DNA of 64,000 bases from positions 3,503 to 67,502 of the forward strand of contig DATKPD010000012.1 in assembly GCA_035524315.1 (NCBI GenBank), in the 5' to 3' direction. Positions 32,923 through 44,444 of the stretch are shown one piece after another. Position 1 is the first letter of the stretch. Every line of letters starts with the position of its first letter. Both the position numbers and the translations under genes were made by a program. This stretch comes from Caulobacteraceae bacterium (GTDB taxonomy: Bacteria > Pseudomonadota > Alphaproteobacteria > Caulobacterales > Caulobacteraceae). The notes beneath the pieces were generated by a model that saw only the letters and a list, made by a program, of their open reading frames with translations, searched no databases and was not told the origin of the DNA.

Positions 32923-33097
32923 TTGAGCTCCGTCCCTTCAATCCTCGTTGTCACGCGCGCCCTTGGGGCGTCGCGTCTCGGCCGTTATCGGCCAGCCCGG
33001 CGCGTCCCGCCTTCATTGAGGCGGGTTGTGCGCTCGGACGAGGGACCGTGCCAAATGTGACGCTGGCGCGCAACCGCACGCCGCCGCCTGGGAAGCG

Positions 33098-33583
33098 TCA
33101 GGGGATGATTTCGGGCTCGCGCGCCCGCGTCGGCGCGGCCGTGGCCTGGGTCGGCGCTTTCAGCCTGCCCTGCCTTTGGGACACTTGCTTGACCACCTCG
33201 ACGTCACGAACGACGCCCTTGCCCATGATGGTCGCGGCGTCCCTCAGGACCTCGGCGCGGATCTTGCCCACGTCCATCTTGGTGTAGTCGCTGGCCAGGG
33301 TGAAGGGCGTCCGATGGCCGGCGCGGAGCAGGGCGTCGCGAAAGAACGGCTCCTTGGCCCGCACCGTCGCGCCGTCCGCGCCCATGACCAGGTCCAGTTT
33401 GACCGTCACGAACACGTAGTTGATCACCCGGTCGTCGACCACCACCGGCAGGCCAACCGCCTGAATCTGGATCGATTCTGGCTTGTCGGACTTGGGATCC
33501 GCGGCGCGGGCCGAAGAGAGCGGCGCTGTCGCCAGAGCCGCCGCCGTCGCCGCTGTCACCGCCGTCACCCGCAAGGCCCGCAC
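33098..33583 (-). CDS. secreted/periplasmic protein of unknown function (FliL-like sequence pattern)
   Basis: 161 aa. Signal-like N-terminus ending SSARA. Core is LPVVVDDRVINYVFVTVKLDL...PFFRDALL. High GC3. Confidence 0.6.
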   Translation of the reverse strand: MRALRVTAVTAATAAALATAPLSSARAADPKSDKPESIQIQAVGLPVVVDDRVINYVFVTVKLDLVMGADGATVRAKEPFFRDALLRAGHRTPFTLASDYTKMDVGKIRAEVLRDAATIMGKGVVRDVEVVKQVSQRQGRLKAPTQATAAPTRAREPEIIP

Positions 33584-33595
33584 GCCCGACCTCCG

Positions 33596-34582
33596 TCATC
33601 CGTGCCGATAACCGGCCCTGTTCACGCGAATCTCTCGCCGCTGGAAGAGTACGCGCACCGCGCGGCCTTCGACCATGCGGCCGATCGGCGTCATGGCCAC
33701 GCCCGCCGCCCTGGCCGCCTCGATCATCGCCGCCACGTTTTCGGGCGCGGAGGTGAGCACCACCTCATAGTCGTCGCCGCCCGCGGCCAAACGAAGCAGG
33801 CGATCCTGGCGCTCGCTCGGGTGATCGGCGAAGGCCCGGCCCTCGGCGCTGAGGGGAACCGCGTCCAGGTCCAGCTCCACGCCCAGAGCGCTGGCGGCGG
33901 CGATATGGCCGGCGTCGGCGATCAGGCCGTCGGAGACGTCGGCCGCCGCGGTGGCCCACGCACGCAGCGCCGGGGTCAGGGCCACGCGGGGCTCGGGCGT
34001 GCGATAGCGCGTCAGCGAGGGCGCAGTCCGGCCCTCCAGCGCCGCCTGCAGGCCCAGCCAGCCGTCGCCGATCCAACCGCTGACCAGCACCACGTCGCCC
34101 GCCCGGGCCCCCGAGCGCAGCACGGCCCTGCCCGGCGGCGTGCGGCCCAGAATGGTCACGCTGGCGGTCAGGGGGCCGGGCGTCGAGACGCTGTCGCCGC
34201 CCAGCAGCTTGAGCCCATAGGCCCGCTGGTCGCGTTCCAGGCCTTGAGCGAAGGCCTGGCGCTCGGCCCAGCCGCAGCGCGGCGGCCAGGCGATGGACAG
34301 GAAATAGGCGTAGGGCTGGGCGGCCTTCGCCGCCAGGTCCGATAGATTGGTGCGCAGCAGCCGCTGCGCCACCTGGTCGATCGGGTCGCCCGCAAGGAAG
34401 TGAACCCCCTCGACCATCATGTCGGCCGAGATCACCAGGTCTTCGTCCGGCCGCGGCGTCAGCACCGCCGCGTCGTCCAGCAGGTCCAGGGCCTCAGGCG
34501 CCCCGAGCGTCAACGGCCGCATCAGCCGGGCGATGACGTCGAATTCGTCGACCGTAGGCTTGTCGGGCCTATCCGCCGGCAT
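33596..34582 (-). CDS. thiL: thiamine-monophosphate kinase
   Basis: 328 aa from Met111 of track ORF 33596..34912 ([17 protein letters not shown]). [18 protein letters not shown] and GGD motifs. Overlaps the nusB end by 14 nt. Confidence 0.9.
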   Translation of the reverse strand: MPADRPDKPTVDEFDVIARLMRPLTLGAPEALDLLDDAAVLTPRPDEDLVISADMMVEGVHFLAGDPIDQVAQRLLRTNLSDLAAKAAQPYAYFLSIAWPPRCGWAERQAFAQGLERDQRAYGLKLLGGDSVSTPGPLTASVTILGRTPPGRAVLRSGARAGDVVLVSGWIGDGWLGLQAALEGRTAPSLTRYRTPEPRVALTPALRAWATAAADVSDGLIADAGHIAAASALGVELDLDAVPLSAEGRAFADHPSERQDRLLRLAAGGDDYEVVLTSAPENVAAMIEAARAAGVAMTPIGRMVEGRAVRVLFQRREIRVNRAGYRHG

Positions 34583-35030
34583 CGGAGGGCGCTGGCCGGT
34601 CGCGGGCGATGGCGTCCAGCGCGCCGTTGATGAAGCCCGGCTCGGGGCCTTCGAAGAACGACTTGGCCAGCTCGACATATTCGTCGATCGACACCTCGAC
34701 CGGCACGTCCGGGCGCCACAGCAGCTCGAAGGCGCCGGCGCGCAGGATCGCGCGCAAGGTCGCGTCGAGCCGCTCCAGGCGCCATCCGCTGGCCAAGTGA
34801 TGGGCGATGGCCTGGTCGATCGCCATCTGGTCGCCCACCACCCCGCGCACGATCTCGGCGAAGAAGGCCTCGTCAGCCGCCGCCAGGCGCGATCCCTCGA
34901 TGTCGCGGTCAAAGCGATGGTCGGAAAACTCGCGCACCACCGAATCCACGCCCGCTCCGGACACCTCCATCTGATAGAGGGCCTGAACGGCGGCGAGCCG
35001 GGCGACAGAGCGGGCCTGGCGCGCGCTCAT
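34569..35030 (-). CDS. nusB: transcription antitermination factor NusB
   Basis: 153 aa. [13 protein letters not shown] start and [10 protein letters not shown] motif. Confidence 0.93.
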   Translation of the reverse strand: MSARQARSVARLAAVQALYQMEVSGAGVDSVVREFSDHRFDRDIEGSRLAAADEAFFAEIVRGVVGDQMAIDQAIAHHLASGWRLERLDATLRAILRAGAFELLWRPDVPVEVSIDEYVELAKSFFEGPEPGFINGALDAIARDRPAPSDAGG

Positions 35031-35497
35031 CGGATCTGGCCGAACAGGCGGCGCTTGAGGACGATCATGTCCAGGGCGGTGCGCGCGGCGAAGCCGCCCT
35101 TGTCGCCTTCCGAACGCTTGGCCCGCGCCCAGGCCTGATCCTCGTCCTCGACCGTCAGCACGCCGTAGCCGATGGCCAGATGCTTCTTGATCGACAGGTC
35201 CATCAGGCCGCGCGCGGACTCGCCGCAGACATAGTCGTAGTGCGTAGTCTCGCCGCGGATCACGCAGCCCAGGGCGACATAGCCGTCATAACGGATGCCG
35301 GTCGGCCGGTGAGCCGCTTCGTGCGCCAGGGAAATCGCGGCGGGCAGCTCGAACGCGCCGGGCACGCTGATCACATTGTATTCGGCCCCGAACGCGGTCA
35401 GGGCGTCGGCCGCCCCAGCCAGGAGCTCGTCGGAGATGTCCGGATAAAAGCGGGCCTCGACGACCAGGATGCGCAGCTTGTCTTCCAGCATGATCAA
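35027..35497 (-). CDS. ribH: 6,7-dimethyl-8-ribityllumazine synthase
   Basis: 156 aa. VPGAFELP and [14 protein letters not shown] motifs. 4-nt overlaps with both neighbours. Confidence 0.94.
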   Translation of the reverse strand: MIMLEDKLRILVVEARFYPDISDELLAGAADALTAFGAEYNVISVPGAFELPAAISLAHEAAHRPTGIRYDGYVALGCVIRGETTHYDYVCGESARGLMDLSIKKHLAIGYGVLTVEDEDQAWARAKRSEGDKGGFAARTALDMIVLKRRLFGQIR

Positions 35498-36606
35498 CTC
35501 TCCGAAGGCGGGGCCGGCACGGCCACCCGCCCGACAATCTTGAGACCGTAGCCATCCAGTCCGGCCGGCTTGGCGGTCAGGCTCATCAGGATCATGTCAC
35601 GCACGCCCAGATCGAGCAGAATCTGCGCGCCCACGCCATATTGGCGCAGGGATCTTTGCCCCATGTAGGTGCTGTGGTCTTGGTTGACGCGCTCGGTCAG
35701 CGGGCTGTTGTCGCGCAGGAACACCGCGACGCCGGGGCCGTCGTGCTCGGCCAGGGCGCGCAGCGAGGCGGGGATATAGGTGCGCCGCGCCTCGGCGTGG
35801 CCCAGCACGTCGGCGAAGAAATCCACCTGGTGCATGCGCACCAAGGTTGGCGCGTCGGGCGTGATGCGGCCCTTGACCAGGGCGGCGTGCTCGGCGCCGT
35901 CCAGGAGGTTGCGATAGACGAACAGTCGGAAATCGCCGCCGTAGACGCTGGTGAAGGGCTGTTCCAGCGCGCGCTCGATGAAGGTCTCGGTGCGCCGGCG
36001 ATAGGCGATCAGGTCGGCGATGGTGCCGATCTTCAGCCCGTGCGTCTGGGCGAAGGCGATCAGGTCGGGCACCCGCGCCATGGTGCCGTCGTCGTTCATC
36101 ACCTCGCAGATCACGCCAGCCGGATAGAGGCCCGCCAGGCGCGAGATGTCGACCGCCGCCTCGGTATGGCCGGCGCGCACCAGCACCCCGCCTTCCTTGG
36201 CCACCAGCGGAAACACGTGCCCGGGGCTAACCACGTCGTCGGCGCCCTTGGTGGGGTCTATCGCCACCGAGACGGTGCGCGCCCGGTCGTGGGCCGAAAT
36301 GCCCGTGGTCACCCCGTCCTTGGCCTCAATCGACACGGTGAAGGCGGTCCCGTGCTCGGCCTGGTTCTCATAGGCCATAGGCGACAGACGCAGGTCCCTT
36401 GCCCGCTGACGGGTGATGGCCAGACAGATCAGGCCGCGCGCGTGCTTGGCCATGAAGTTGATCTGCTCGGGCGTGGCCATCTGGGCGGGGATGATCACGT
36501 CCCCCTCGTTCTCGCGGTCCTCGGCGTCCACCAGGATGTAAGGCCGGCCCTGGCGGGCGTCCTCGATGATGTCCTCGATGGGGGAAATGGGATCGTCGAT
36601 GTTCAT
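35494..36606 (-). CDS. ribB: 3,4-dihydroxy-2-butanone-4-phosphate synthase fused to a degenerate GTP-cyclohydrolase-II-like domain (RibBX type)
   Basis: 370 aa. The N-half has DHBP-synthase motifs (DRENEGD, GHTEA). The C-half aligns with RibA ([13 protein letters not shown]) but has no Cys at all. Confidence 0.88.
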   Translation of the reverse strand: MNIDDPISPIEDIIEDARQGRPYILVDAEDRENEGDVIIPAQMATPEQINFMAKHARGLICLAITRQRARDLRLSPMAYENQAEHGTAFTVSIEAKDGVTTGISAHDRARTVSVAIDPTKGADDVVSPGHVFPLVAKEGGVLVRAGHTEAAVDISRLAGLYPAGVICEVMNDDGTMARVPDLIAFAQTHGLKIGTIADLIAYRRRTETFIERALEQPFTSVYGGDFRLFVYRNLLDGAEHAALVKGRITPDAPTLVRMHQVDFFADVLGHAEARRTYIPASLRALAEHDGPGVAVFLRDNSPLTERVNQDHSTYMGQRSLRQYGVGAQILLDLGVRDMILMSLTAKPAGLDGYGLKIVGRVAVPAPPSES

Positions 36607-36630
36607 ATGCAGCTCTGTCCGCCGGGCGGT

Positions 36631-37221
36631 CTAAAGGGTTTCGCGCCAGCGCGCCACGTATCGCGCGATCAGATCGATCTCGAGATTGACCCGCGACCCC
36701 GGGGCGAGGCCGCCCAAGGTAGTCGCGTCCCAAGTGTGGGGGATGATGTTCACGCCGAACACATCGTCCTCGACCTCATTCACCGTCAGCGATACGCCGT
36801 CGACCGTGATCGAGCCCTTGGCGGCGATGAACCGGTTCAGCGGCCGCGGCGCGCGGAACTTGAACCTGTGCGAACCGCCCTCGGGCGTGATCGACACCAC
36901 CTGCCCCACCCCATCGACATGGCCCGACACGATGTGCCCGCCCAGTTCGTCGCCTAGGCGCGCGGCCCGCTCCAGATTGACCCGGTGGCCAATGGTCCAG
37001 TCGCCGAGGTTGGTCGCCGACAGGGTCTCGGCCGAGGCCTCGACGGCGAACCAGTCCCAGCCTTTCTCGACCACCGTCAGGCAGCAGCCCGCGTGGCTGA
37101 TCGAAGCGCCGATATCCACGCCGCCCAGGTCATAGCGGGTCTCGATCTCGAACCTGCGGTCGCGCTGGGTGTCGCGGACGTCGCGCACGCGTCCGATGTC
37201 GGTGACGATGCCGGTGAACAT
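36631..37221 (-). CDS. ribE: riboflavin synthase (alpha chain)
   Basis: 196 aa. MFTGIVTDIGRV start, internal duplication with GGHIVSGHVDG and DGVSLTV motifs. Confidence 0.94.
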   Translation of the reverse strand: MFTGIVTDIGRVRDVRDTQRDRRFEIETRYDLGGVDIGASISHAGCCLTVVEKGWDWFAVEASAETLSATNLGDWTIGHRVNLERAARLGDELGGHIVSGHVDGVGQVVSITPEGGSHRFKFRAPRPLNRFIAAKGSITVDGVSLTVNEVEDDVFGVNIIPHTWDATTLGGLAPGSRVNLEIDLIARYVARWRETL

Positions 37222-37878
37222 TCAGACCCTCTCGTAGCGTTCCCACAGGTCCGCGCCGCTTTCGCGCGCGTCGGTGCGCCTAAAGCTTGGGGCGTCGGCC
37301 AGGCGGCGCAAGGCGAGCGCGCCCACGGCGGGCAGACCGTCCGCGCCGAGCAGGATCGGCGCCCTGAACCATTCGATCCGGTCGACCAGGCCGGCGGAGA
37401 GGAAGCTGGCGGCCACGCGGCCGCCGCCCTCGATCATCACGGCGTTCAGGCCGGCCTGGGCCAGCGCCTGGAGCGCCGCCGCCGGGGCCGGACGGCCGTC
37501 AGCGTCCGCGTCAACTTGGATCACCCGCACGCCGAGGTCGATCAGCGCCGCGCGGGGCGCGCCGGTCGTCACCACCCATGTCGGGATCTGACGCGCCGTC
37601 CGCGCCAGCTGGCTGTCGGCGGGCAGACGCTGGCGGCTGTCGAGCACCACGCGCGCGGGCTGGGCGCTCTCGTGACCGTCCAGGCGCACTGTCAACGCCG
37701 GATCGTCGATAAGCGCCGTGTCCACGCCGACTATCACCGCGTCGTGCCCGGCGCGCAGTTCGTGGACGGTGCGCCGCGAACGCTCGCCGGTGATCCAGCG
37801 GCTTTCACCCGTCGCCGTGGCGATGCGCCCATCGAGTGAGGTGGCGAGCTTGAGCGTCACGCCGCGCGGGGCGGACAT
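37222..37878 (-). CDS. ribD: 5-amino-6-(5-phosphoribosylamino)uracil reductase (RibD C-terminal domain only)
   Basis: 218 aa starting VTLKLATSLDGRIA (start of the reductase domain). No CMP/dCMP-deaminase zinc motif. ATG overlaps the nrdR stop (ATGA). Confidence 0.85.
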   Translation of the reverse strand: MSAPRGVTLKLATSLDGRIATATGESRWITGERSRRTVHELRAGHDAVIVGVDTALIDDPALTVRLDGHESAQPARVVLDSRQRLPADSQLARTARQIPTWVVTTGAPRAALIDLGVRVIQVDADADGRPAPAAALQALAQAGLNAVMIEGGGRVAASFLSAGLVDRIEWFRAPILLGADGLPAVGALALRRLADAPSFRRTDARESGADLWERYERV

Positions 37879-38348
37879 CAGCCGCCCTCGGTCTCTTCGC
37901 TCAGGCCTTCCTCGCCCAGAAAGCGGGCGAAATCCTGTGTCTCGCGGAAGTCGCGATAGACCGAGGCGTAGCGCACATAGGCCACCTCATCGAGCGCCTT
38001 GAGCGCCTTCATCACCATCTCTCCCACCACGGTCGAGGGCAGTTCGGTCTCGCCCAGGCTTTCGAGCTGGCGCACGATGCCCGAGACCATGCGTTCGACC
38101 CGCTCCGTATCGATCGGGCGCTTGCGTATCGCCACCGAGATCGAACGCATCAGCTTCTCGCGCTCGAACGGCGCGCGCCGGCCCGAGCGCTTGACGATCG
38201 TCAGTTCACGCAGTTGCACCCGTTCGAAAGTGGTGAAGCGGCCGCCGCACGCCGGACACAAGCGCCGGCGCCGGATCGCGGCGCCGTCCTCGGACGGCCG
38301 CGAATCCTTGACCTGACTTTCCAGTTCTCCGCAAAACGGGCAACGCAC
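37878..38348 (-). CDS. nrdR: transcriptional repressor NrdR
   Basis: 156 aa. MRCPFCG...[12 protein letters not shown] zinc ribbon plus ATP-cone. Confidence 0.95.
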   Translation of the reverse strand: MRCPFCGELESQVKDSRPSEDGAAIRRRRLCPACGGRFTTFERVQLRELTIVKRSGRRAPFEREKLMRSISVAIRKRPIDTERVERMVSGIVRQLESLGETELPSTVVGEMVMKALKALDEVAYVRYASVYRDFRETQDFARFLGEEGLSEETEGG

Positions 38349-38379
38349 GCGACCGACGCCTCCTCAGCCCAAGCCCAAC

Positions 38380-39687
38380 CTAGACCGCAGAGGCGTAGAT
38401 AGGAAATCTCGCGGTCATGTCGAGGACTTCCTGGCGCACCTTGGCCTCGACCGCCGCGTCGCCTTCGCCCGCCTGGATCGCGTCGATCACCTGGGCGATC
38501 ATCTGGCCGATGCGGCGGAACTCGCCCTGGCCGAAGCCGCGGGTGGTGCCGGCGGGCGTGCCCAGCCGAATGCCCGAGGTGACGAACGGCTTTTCCGGAT
38601 CGAACGGAATGGCGTTCTTGTTGCAGGTAATGTTGGCCCGGCCCAGCGCGGCCTCCGCCGCCTTGCCCGTGACGCCCTTGGGCCGCAGATCAACCAGCAT
38701 CAGGTGATTGTCGGTGCCGCCCGTGACGATGTCCAGGCCCGCCGCCTTGAGCGTCTCGGCCAGGACCTTGGCGTTGTCGACAACATCGCGCGCATAGGCC
38801 TTGAATTCGGGCTGCAGCGCCTCCTTGAACGCCACGGCCTTGGCCGCGATCACGTGCATCAGCGGCCCGCCCTGAAGGCCCGGGAAAATGGCCGAGTTGA
38901 GCTTCTTGGCGATGGCTTCGTCATTGCTCAGGATCAGGCCGCCGCGCGGGCCGCGCAGCGACTTGTGCGTGGTCGAGGTGGTGACATGGGCGTGCGGCAC
39001 CGGGCTGGGATGCACGCCCCCGGCCACCAGACCGGCGAAGTGAGCCATGTCCACCAGCAGATAGGCCCCAACCTCGTCGGCGATGCGGCGGAAACCCTCG
39101 AAATCCCAGAAGCGGGCGTAGCCCGACCCACCGGCGATGATCAGCTTGGGCTTGTGCTCGCGCGCCAGGGCGGCGACCTCGTCCATATCGATCTGCTGGT
39201 CCTGGCGGCGCACGCCGTACGACACCGCCTTGAACCACTTGCCGCTCATGTTGACCGGAGAGCCGTGAGTCAGGTGCCCGCCCGCGGCCAGATCCAGGCC
39301 CATGAACACGTCGCCAGGCTGCAGCAGGGCGAGGAACACCGCCTGATTCATCTGGCTGCCCGAGTTGGCCTGAACGTTGGCGAAGCCCGCGCCGAACAGC
39401 GTCTTGGCGCGCTCGATCGCCAGGGTCTCGACGATGTCCACATACTCGCAGCCCCCGTAGTAGCGCTTGCCCGGATAGCCCTCAGCGTACTTGTTGGTCA
39501 GGATCGACCCCTGCGCCTCGAGCACCGCGCGCGAGACGATGTTCTCCGACGCGATCAGCTCGATCTCGTGCTGCTGACGCCCCAGTTCCTTGCCGATCGC
39601 CGAGAAGATTTCCGGATCGGCGCTGTCCAGCGCTGCGCCGAAGAACGCGTCCTGCGAGCGGGCGGCGGTAGGGGCTGACAGGGACAT
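38380..39687 (-). CDS. glyA: serine hydroxymethyltransferase
   Basis: 435 aa from Met13 of the track [14 protein letters not shown] and [15 protein letters not shown] (PLP-Lys) motifs. Confidence 0.96.
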   Translation of the reverse strand: MSLSAPTAARSQDAFFGAALDSADPEIFSAIGKELGRQQHEIELIASENIVSRAVLEAQGSILTNKYAEGYPGKRYYGGCEYVDIVETLAIERAKTLFGAGFANVQANSGSQMNQAVFLALLQPGDVFMGLDLAAGGHLTHGSPVNMSGKWFKAVSYGVRRQDQQIDMDEVAALAREHKPKLIIAGGSGYARFWDFEGFRRIADEVGAYLLVDMAHFAGLVAGGVHPSPVPHAHVTTSTTHKSLRGPRGGLILSNDEAIAKKLNSAIFPGLQGGPLMHVIAAKAVAFKEALQPEFKAYARDVVDNAKVLAETLKAAGLDIVTGGTDNHLMLVDLRPKGVTGKAAEAALGRANITCNKNAIPFDPEKPFVTSGIRLGTPAGTTRGFGQGEFRRIGQMIAQVIDAIQAGEGDAAVEAKVRQEVLDMTARFPIYASAV

Positions 39688-39935
39688 GAGCTGGGGCCTT
39701 TTCTTTCCGGTGACGGCGCACATGGGGCGGCGACTGTTTAGACGCCAGGGTCACCGTGGCGCAACAAGCCTTTGACCGAGACTTCGGCCCTGAACACGGC
39801 CAAGCCGGCAGGAACCCGCGTTCGACTGGTACGTTGCATGTTTTCACGTCGAACAATCCGCGAGCCACCTGCGGACACACGGGGATCGCGTCTTTCGAGG
39901 CGGGACAGGTAAAGACTTAAAGGCGGGCAAAAGGA

Positions 39936-40388
39936 ATGACAGTGCATCCTGATTTGGCGATCGCCACCCACGAAAACAAGCTGCGCTGGAGCGCTGAAAT
40001 CGTGGCGGCCTATGTCGCGCTCAACACCATCCCGCCGAGCGGAATCCCAGAGTTGATCCGCTCCATCTATGAGACCCTGGGGGGGCTCGACGGGGCCGCT
40101 ATCGCGCCGCCGGTACGCAACACGGAGAAGCCCAAGCCGGCGGTTCCGGTGTCCAAGTCGGTGCACCAGGACTACATCGTATGCCTGGAAGACGGCAAAC
40201 AGCTGAAGATGCTCAAGCGCTACCTGCGCTCACGCTACGATCTGAGCCCCGAAGACTATCGCCGCAAATGGGGCCTGCCGCCCGACTATCCGATGGTGGC
40301 GCCCGCCTACGCGGCCCGACGCTCGGATTTCGCCAAGCAGATCGGCCTGGGCCGCGGCGTGCGCCGACGGCGCGAGCGGGCCAGCTGA
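39936..40388 (+). CDS. Ros/MucR-family transcriptional regulator with a degenerate zinc site
   Basis: 150 aa. It aligns along its length with Ros (IVAAYV..., [29 protein letters not shown]), but the CLECG...H...H ligands read C-D-Y-Y. Confidence 0.85.
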   Translation: [150 protein letters not shown]

Positions 40389-40491
40389 CCAACCAATCCC
40401 TGGCGTTGACCAACGGATGGGGATGTGCGGGGCTGCGGGGAACCTTCAGCGACCTTCACAGCGACCTCGCCATGCGGCTGAGAGGACGACG

Positions 40492-40776
40492 ATGCGCAAA
40501 TCCCACTGGTTTTCTGCCGCCGCGACGCTGGGCGGCCTTAGCCTGGGCTTGGCCGCCGCGCCCGCTTCCGCCGGATGCCTGACCGGCGCGGCTGTGGGCG
40601 GGGTCGCCGGCCACATGGCGCACCACCACGCCTTGGTGGGGGCCGCGGCCGGCTGCGTGGTCGGCCACGGAATGGCTGCGCGCAAGAAGCGGGAAACGGC
40701 GGATCAGAAGGCGGCCGAGCGGCGGCAAGCCCAGCAGCCTCAACCGGCCCCGACACGGGGGCGCCCCGGCGGATGA
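40492..40776 (+). CDS. small lipoprotein with a glycine-zipper segment
   Basis: 94 aa from the internal Met (GAGAGGA upstream): MRKSHWFSAAATLGGLSLGLAAAPASAGC lipobox, then GAAVGGVAGHMAHHHALVGAAAGCVVG. Confidence 0.6.
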   Translation: MRKSHWFSAAATLGGLSLGLAAAPASAGCLTGAAVGGVAGHMAHHHALVGAAAGCVVGHGMAARKKRETADQKAAERRQAQQPQPAPTRGRPGG

Positions 40777-40792
40777 CAACGGGTGCGCGGCG

Positions 40793-42034
40793 CTAGGCGG
40801 CGTAACCGCCCATGCGCTTGACGTTGCAGCGCGCCCACAGCCGGTCCATCGCGTTGACCAGATCGCCCATCATCGCGTCGGTATGGAATGGCGTCGGTGT
40901 AAAGCGCAGGCGTTCCGTACCCTTGGGCACGGTCGGATAGTTGATCGGCTGCACATAGACGCCATGATCGGCCAGCAGCATGTCGGAGATCAGCTTGGTG
41001 TGCACCGCGTCGCCCACCAGCACCGGCACGATGTGGCTGACCGACGGCATCACCGGCAGGCCCGCGTCCTTGAACATCGCTTTCAGCTTGGCCGCGCGCT
41101 CCTGGTGCGCCACGCGCACCTCATTGTGTTGCTTCAGCCAGGCGACCGAGGCGCGCGCGCCCGCGGTCAAGGCCGGCGGCAGCGAGGTGGTGAAGATGAA
41201 GCCGGAGGCGAAGGAGCGGATCGCATCGACGAGAGTGGCGCTGCCGGTGATGTAGCCGCCCATGACGCCGAACGCCTTGCCCAGGGTGCCCTCGATGATG
41301 TCGATACGGTGCATGGCGCCGTCGCGCTCGGCCACGCCGCCCCCGCGCGGGCCGTACATGCCCACCGCGTGCACCTCGTCGAGATAGGTCATGGCGCCAT
41401 AGCGCTCGGCCAGGTCGGCCACGGCGTTAATGTCGGCGATGTCGCCGTCCATCGAATAAACGCTCTCGAACGCGATCAGCTTGGGTGCGCCGGCCGGGGC
41501 GGCCTTGAGCAGTTCCTCCAGGTGCGCCAGGTCGTTGTGGCGCCAGACGCGCTTCTCGCCGCGTCCATGGCGGATGCCCGCGATCATCGAGGCGTGGTTG
41601 AAGGCGTCGGAGAAGATGATCAGGCCCGGCAGTACGGTCTGCAGGGTTTCCAGCGTGGCTTCGTTGGACACGTAGCCCGAGGTGAACAGCAGGGCCGCTT
41701 CCTTGCCGTGCAGATCGGCCAGTTCGGCCTCAAGCTCGACATGCTGGTGATTGGTGCCCGAGATGTTGCGCGTGCCGCCTGAGCCGGAGCCCACCCGGTC
41801 GATCGCGTCATGCATGGCGTCGAGCACGACGGGATTTTGCCCTTGGCCCAGGTAGTCGTTAGAGCACCAGACCACGACTTCGCGTTCGGTCAGCCCGTCC
41901 GGGCCGGTCCAGATCGCCCGGGGAAACTGCCCGCGCAAGCGCTTGAGGTCGGCGAACACCCGATAGCGGCCTTCCGACTTCACCTGCTCGACAGCGTCGG
42001 CGAAAGCGGCTTGGTAATCGAACCTGGAATCCAT
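40793..42034 (-). CDS. hemA: 5-aminolevulinate synthase
   Basis: 413 aa from Met65 of the track ORF ([27 protein letters not shown]). [10 protein letters not shown] and the PLP-Lys region of the alpha-oxoamine synthase family. Confidence 0.94.
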   Translation of the reverse strand: MDSRFDYQAAFADAVEQVKSEGRYRVFADLKRLRGQFPRAIWTGPDGLTEREVVVWCSNDYLGQGQNPVVLDAMHDAIDRVGSGSGGTRNISGTNHQHVELEAELADLHGKEAALLFTSGYVSNEATLETLQTVLPGLIIFSDAFNHASMIAGIRHGRGEKRVWRHNDLAHLEELLKAAPAGAPKLIAFESVYSMDGDIADINAVADLAERYGAMTYLDEVHAVGMYGPRGGGVAERDGAMHRIDIIEGTLGKAFGVMGGYITGSATLVDAIRSFASGFIFTTSLPPALTAGARASVAWLKQHNEVRVAHQERAAKLKAMFKDAGLPVMPSVSHIVPVLVGDAVHTKLISDMLLADHGVYVQPINYPTVPKGTERLRFTPTPFHTDAMMGDLVNAMDRLWARCNVKRMGGYAA

Positions 42035-42140
42035 AACGCTCCTAGTCCCTAGGCTTTCACTGTCCAAGTCTCGTTGGCCGGACCCGGTGGGCGCGGTCTT
42101 GTCGCATATCCATTGAGAACATGTCCATGCCGTGGGCGTT

Positions 42141-42154
42141 TTGCGATAGCGCAA
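42141..42154. promoter_or_regulatory. candidate CRP/FNR (FixK/FnrL)-type box upstream of hemA
   Basis: Inverted repeat TTGCG-ATAG-CGCAA (TTG-N8-CAA core) centred about 113 nt upstream of the hemA ATG, in a 209-nt lower-GC divergent intergenic region. Confidence 0.3.
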
Positions 42155-42243
42155 ATTGTCCAAGTGCGACAGAAAACTTGTGTTTTCATCGGTGAACCCC
42201 AGCTGAACCCCGGTCCCCTCGCCCACCTCCTCGAAAGCGCGCC

Positions 42244-43838
<1,595 letters not shown>

Positions 43839-43898
43839 CGTCACTATTGCCTGGCGCGACGGTTGGCCTACTGTCCAGCCGCGCAACGGAGGCAAGGC

Positions 43899-44303
43899 AT
43901 GAACCTGAGCATGAACCCCTGGATCGTGCTGGTCAGCGCAGCGGCGCTGCTGTTCTACATCGCCGCGTGCCTGACGGCGGCCCGCTTCCGCGGCAAATAC
44001 GGCCTGCCGGCGCCGGCCATGTCGGGTCAACCCGACGTCGAGCGCGCCTTGAGAGTCCAGGGCAATACACTGGAATGGCTGGTGGTCTTCCTGCCGGCCT
44101 TATGGATGTTCGCGCCGTTCTGGGGCGCCTATCTGGGTGCGGGCCTGGGCGTGGTGTGGATCCTGGGCCGCATCCTCTACATGGTCGGCTACCTCAAGGC
44201 CGCCGAAAGCCGCAAGCCGGGGTTCCTGATTCAGGGCGTGGTGATCGTGATCCTGCTCAGCGGCGATATCGCTGGCGCGGTCCGTGCGCTTTCGGCGGGC
44301 TAA
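43899..44303 (+). CDS. MAPEG-family membrane protein (glutathione-transferase-like)
   Basis: 134 aa from Met13 of the track ORF. RAHGNxLE-like motif as RALRVQGNTLEWL. Four hydrophobic helices. Confidence 0.7.
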   Translation: MNLSMNPWIVLVSAAALLFYIAACLTAARFRGKYGLPAPAMSGQPDVERALRVQGNTLEWLVVFLPALWMFAPFWGAYLGAGLGVVWILGRILYMVGYLKAAESRKPGFLIQGVVIVILLSGDIAGAVRALSAG

Positions 44304-44444
44304 CAGCGCGTACGGACCTGGTCCGGTCAAGGCGACGCTTTACCGGCTTGACGCCGACGGCGCGCGATCCGCAACCTGCGAGCGTCTGCGCCGAACGCCG
44401 CGCGGCGTCGCGGCGCGCCAGGCCGTCCAGATCGGAGACATGCG

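Noticed and set aside
30796-33060. 754-aa plus-strand ORF
   Set aside because: It is antisense to the unmistakable H+-pyrophosphatase gene. Same compositional artefact (runs of G, R, H, D, A).
38349-38379. Expected FMN (RFN) riboswitch ahead of the rib genes
   Set aside because: Only 31 nt separate glyA from nrdR, and the rib genes are packed with overlaps. There is no room for a ~150-nt RFN element, and I saw none elsewhere in the window.
39688-39935. Possible riboswitch (ZTP/pfl, THF or glycine type) in the 248-nt glyA leader
   Set aside because: I looked on the minus strand for the ZTP signatures (GACUGGCG ... CCGCCUGGGC) and for other folate- or glycine-related motifs. I found only a generic GGTGAC...GTCACC hairpin near the RBS. 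Nothing can be supported without a covariance-model scan (Rfam/Infernal), which would be the decisive test.
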